From contig NW_021834310.1 in assembly GCF_006345805.1 (NCBI RefSeq), positions 1 to 64,000 on the forward strand: 64,000 nucleotides of DNA. The letters run 5' to 3'. The stretch comes from Octopus sinensis. Lineage: Eukaryota. The translations under genes and the position numbers were made by a program. The notes under the pieces are model-generated. The model was not told the DNA's origin. It made no database searches and saw nothing but the letters and a program-made list of their open reading frames with translations. This document shows, piece after piece, positions 61,431 to 64,000 of this stretch (position 1 is the first letter of the stretch; each line of letters opens with the position of its first letter).

Positions 61431-63024
61431 TTAGATATATTTGAGATTTTTCAAGATAGTGAGCCTTCAAAGGCAGAAGGACACATGAAAAAAGAGAATA
61501 CTAAGATTTGGTTTGACTGTAATTTGAAAGTGGGAAAGAATCTTTCGGAACAAAAAGGATAACCGTGGAACATAAAGATGTTAACGAAGTAAGATAATTT
61601 AAAAAAGCAAAACTGCTCAGAAACTCTACATAACCTCCAATCAACAGGAACAATCGTCCAAACGTTCAAAGAAGAACGTCAAGTCACGCTTAAGCAATGC
61701 AAAGTATATAACATCATCACAGCTTTATGTAAGAACAATTTTGATGAACGTTCTCTCAGGGCAAATTTTAGAAATGATCCTAAGAAGACTAGCTTTAAAA
61801 TTGATGATGAAAAACAATTTCTATGAACGTTCTCTCAAAGCAAATTTTAGAAATGATCCCTAGAAGTATAGCTTTAAAATTACGCAGAAGAAGAAAAATT
61901 TTTATTTAAAAAGAGGCTGTTAGTAGAGAATAGATAAGGACCTTTGACATTCCTGCCTTTTTAGTCCCGGACACACGCTCACTTCTCAGCCGCAAACTAA
62001 GACTTACCGCCTTACCTGGTACCCAGACATTATCTTCTCTAGGACCTTAGATAGACCTTTGAAGGACAATTCCTGGGTTTCCGAGTGCTCCTCTCGCCAT
62101 CCTTAGCCATGGGCTAGCCGGCTAGCTTGTCTTCTGACTTTCTTGAGTGCGCTAATTAAATTGATAACGCGTTTCGTCTTTTCATATTTAAGTATAAAAA
62201 TTGACAGCAGGCAAATTAGTTTATTAAATTAGTTCATTAAATTACGAATACTCGAATGAAAGTAGTCATTACTGGTTCCAAAAGGTAATGTCTCTTGTCT
62301 ACTGTAGTGGAATGGGCTACTCCACTGATATAAACTCTTAGTGGGAAGTGATCCTTCCCGCCATCTCATCATTGCCTGTAGAAATGTACAGAAAGGCTTG
62401 GAAGCCGTCAGTTCTCTCAGACAAAACAACCAACATGTCAAAAAAGCCTGTCCTCATAGACATGGTCTCCCGACTGTCCATTTTCAGGGGTGTGAATTAT
62501 ATTAAAACACAGTACTCATTCCCCACAGCCAGAAAAAACCATCTGGACGGGCTTATATCCAATGAAGAAACCACGGGCACGTGTCACGTGGTCTGGAGTC
62601 ATTGCATAAAAAACTTATTTTCACCGTATTCTGCCCTAAAAAAGTCCAGAAACGTGTTTGATATGTTTTCGACAAGCAAACGACTGTTCTGTTAACAGAC
62701 TGGGTTCATAGCTTGTAGTCTGGAGATCCCGCCAGGAGAGAGAGAGTTTAAAATATATTGAAATTCTTGTTGAATTATTGGATAGTTTGGCATGATTTGA
62801 TTGTTTTAATTTTATTACTTTGTATGTGAAATAAGAGTGTAATTAACATATCGTGTCATTAAAGAAAAGGCAGCAGAATCTAGTGAAATTAATTCAGAGC
62901 TTAATGTTTTTCGTCAAAATAATAAACCAAATTAATCCTTCTTCGAATCTTCGTTATTTTAAATAGATTTCTTGTTAAGAAATAAATTGAAAATTTATTT
63001 GAATTATCATCATGTAATTTGAAA

Positions 63025-63210
63025 AAGTAAAACGTTTCGTAGTGAAATTGGCTTACGGAGACAACTTGAGGAAGTTTTGAAAACTCTCAAAGTATCCTCT
63101 GCGCCCACAATCCCGATGATCCTGAAGGAAATCTGTATTTGATCACTATAATGGCGTGTACACTGAAAGAGTGACTTCGGTGCTTTGTTTTTATCTTTCG
63201 TTAACGATTT
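63025..63210 (+). mobile_element. Third, diverged copy of the 3310 LINE 3' fragment
   Basis: acgtttcgtagtgaaattggcttacggagacaacttga and cggtgctttgtttttatc match 3490-3660. Confidence 0.75.
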
Positions 63211-64000
63211 CTCCTTTTTCGTAGATTTTGTTTTTTGGACAATAAAAACAATTCTATTCCAAGGATTTTTAAAAATCAAGTTAAATAATCAATTATCGAA
63301 TTATAACTTATATATTTTCTAAAAATATTATTTTTTGAAATGAATAAAAATATCGAATTATTATCAATAGCGTGTTCTGCACGCTTTCCTGTTGTTGTGT
63401 GTTTTGTTTTTGTACGTTGATTATTACTTTTATTCAAATTTTTAAAGTATAATTTTCTATTTGCATTTTATTGCTGATTAAATATTTGTACATGTAGAAT
63501 ACCTTGAAAAAAGTTATTTTACAAGTTAATTGTGGCTATTGCCTCACTAGTTTAATCTCAATTTAATGCATCTTTTTTAATTGATTTTTTTCTCTATGTA
63601 TATATTCATTTTTATTGATATTTCATGATTTATCAACTTATTGTATTTTTCTTTGATCAAAATTTGATTAAATCTGTAAAATATTACTTTTTAATCTCTT
63701 TATTATTCACAATTCTTAAATCTTTGTAAATTATTATTATTGTAATTTGAATCATTATTGTTATATTTTTTTTCTAGATTTTTTTAAACTGAACACGAAT
63801 TTAATTATTGTTATATTATTTTTATAAATTATTATGTCACAGGCTTAGTGTGTACCGAGCCTAGGTGGTTATACTTTGGACTTTTTTTTAGACTTGGAAA
63901 AAAATTCAAAAAAATATTTGAATTCTATTTCAAAATCTATTTTGTCAAGATAAATGTTATAAAATGACCTCGGGGACGAAAGATGCCAAGGAGACATTTC

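Noticed and set aside
62229-62441. Astacin-like protease fragment (PFHY..FG..NDY)
   Set aside because: No HExxHxxGxxH or SIMHY motif; similarity too weak
35152-63845. One giant TGT...ACA element bounded by the matching ends at 35152 and 63835
   Set aside because: The ends face outward, so they belong to separate insertions

Overview
AT-rich eukaryotic DNA, almost certainly animal (it has an ETS-domain gene), with very small spliceosomal introns (23-33 nt). That points by inference to a reduced parasite such as a myxozoan or dicyemid. Most of the window is decayed transposons: CRE-, RTE-, R4/Utopia- and I/Jockey-like non-LTR retroelements, hAT, Tc1, pogo and Ginger-like DNA transposons, tRNA-derived SINEs, and a ~95-bp satellite that appears to lie inside a Helitron. 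Only one clearly intact host gene was found (GET3/ASNA1, 8 exons). ATP13A1 and AQR are intron-retaining pseudogenes. The standout is an uninterrupted, intronless 430-aa ORF (36630-37922) whose motifs and spacing match the rhabdovirus nucleoprotein. It is followed by a co-oriented 127-aa orphan ORF, forming a probable endogenous viral element between a Tc1 remnant and a hAT element. A second notable structure is a tandem duplication (43466-46372 / 48219-54487) of an ETS gene with a hAT transposon exactly at the junction and tandem ETS-type GGAAGT sites upstream of the ETS ORF. All family assignments come from motif recognition by eye; no database search was run.
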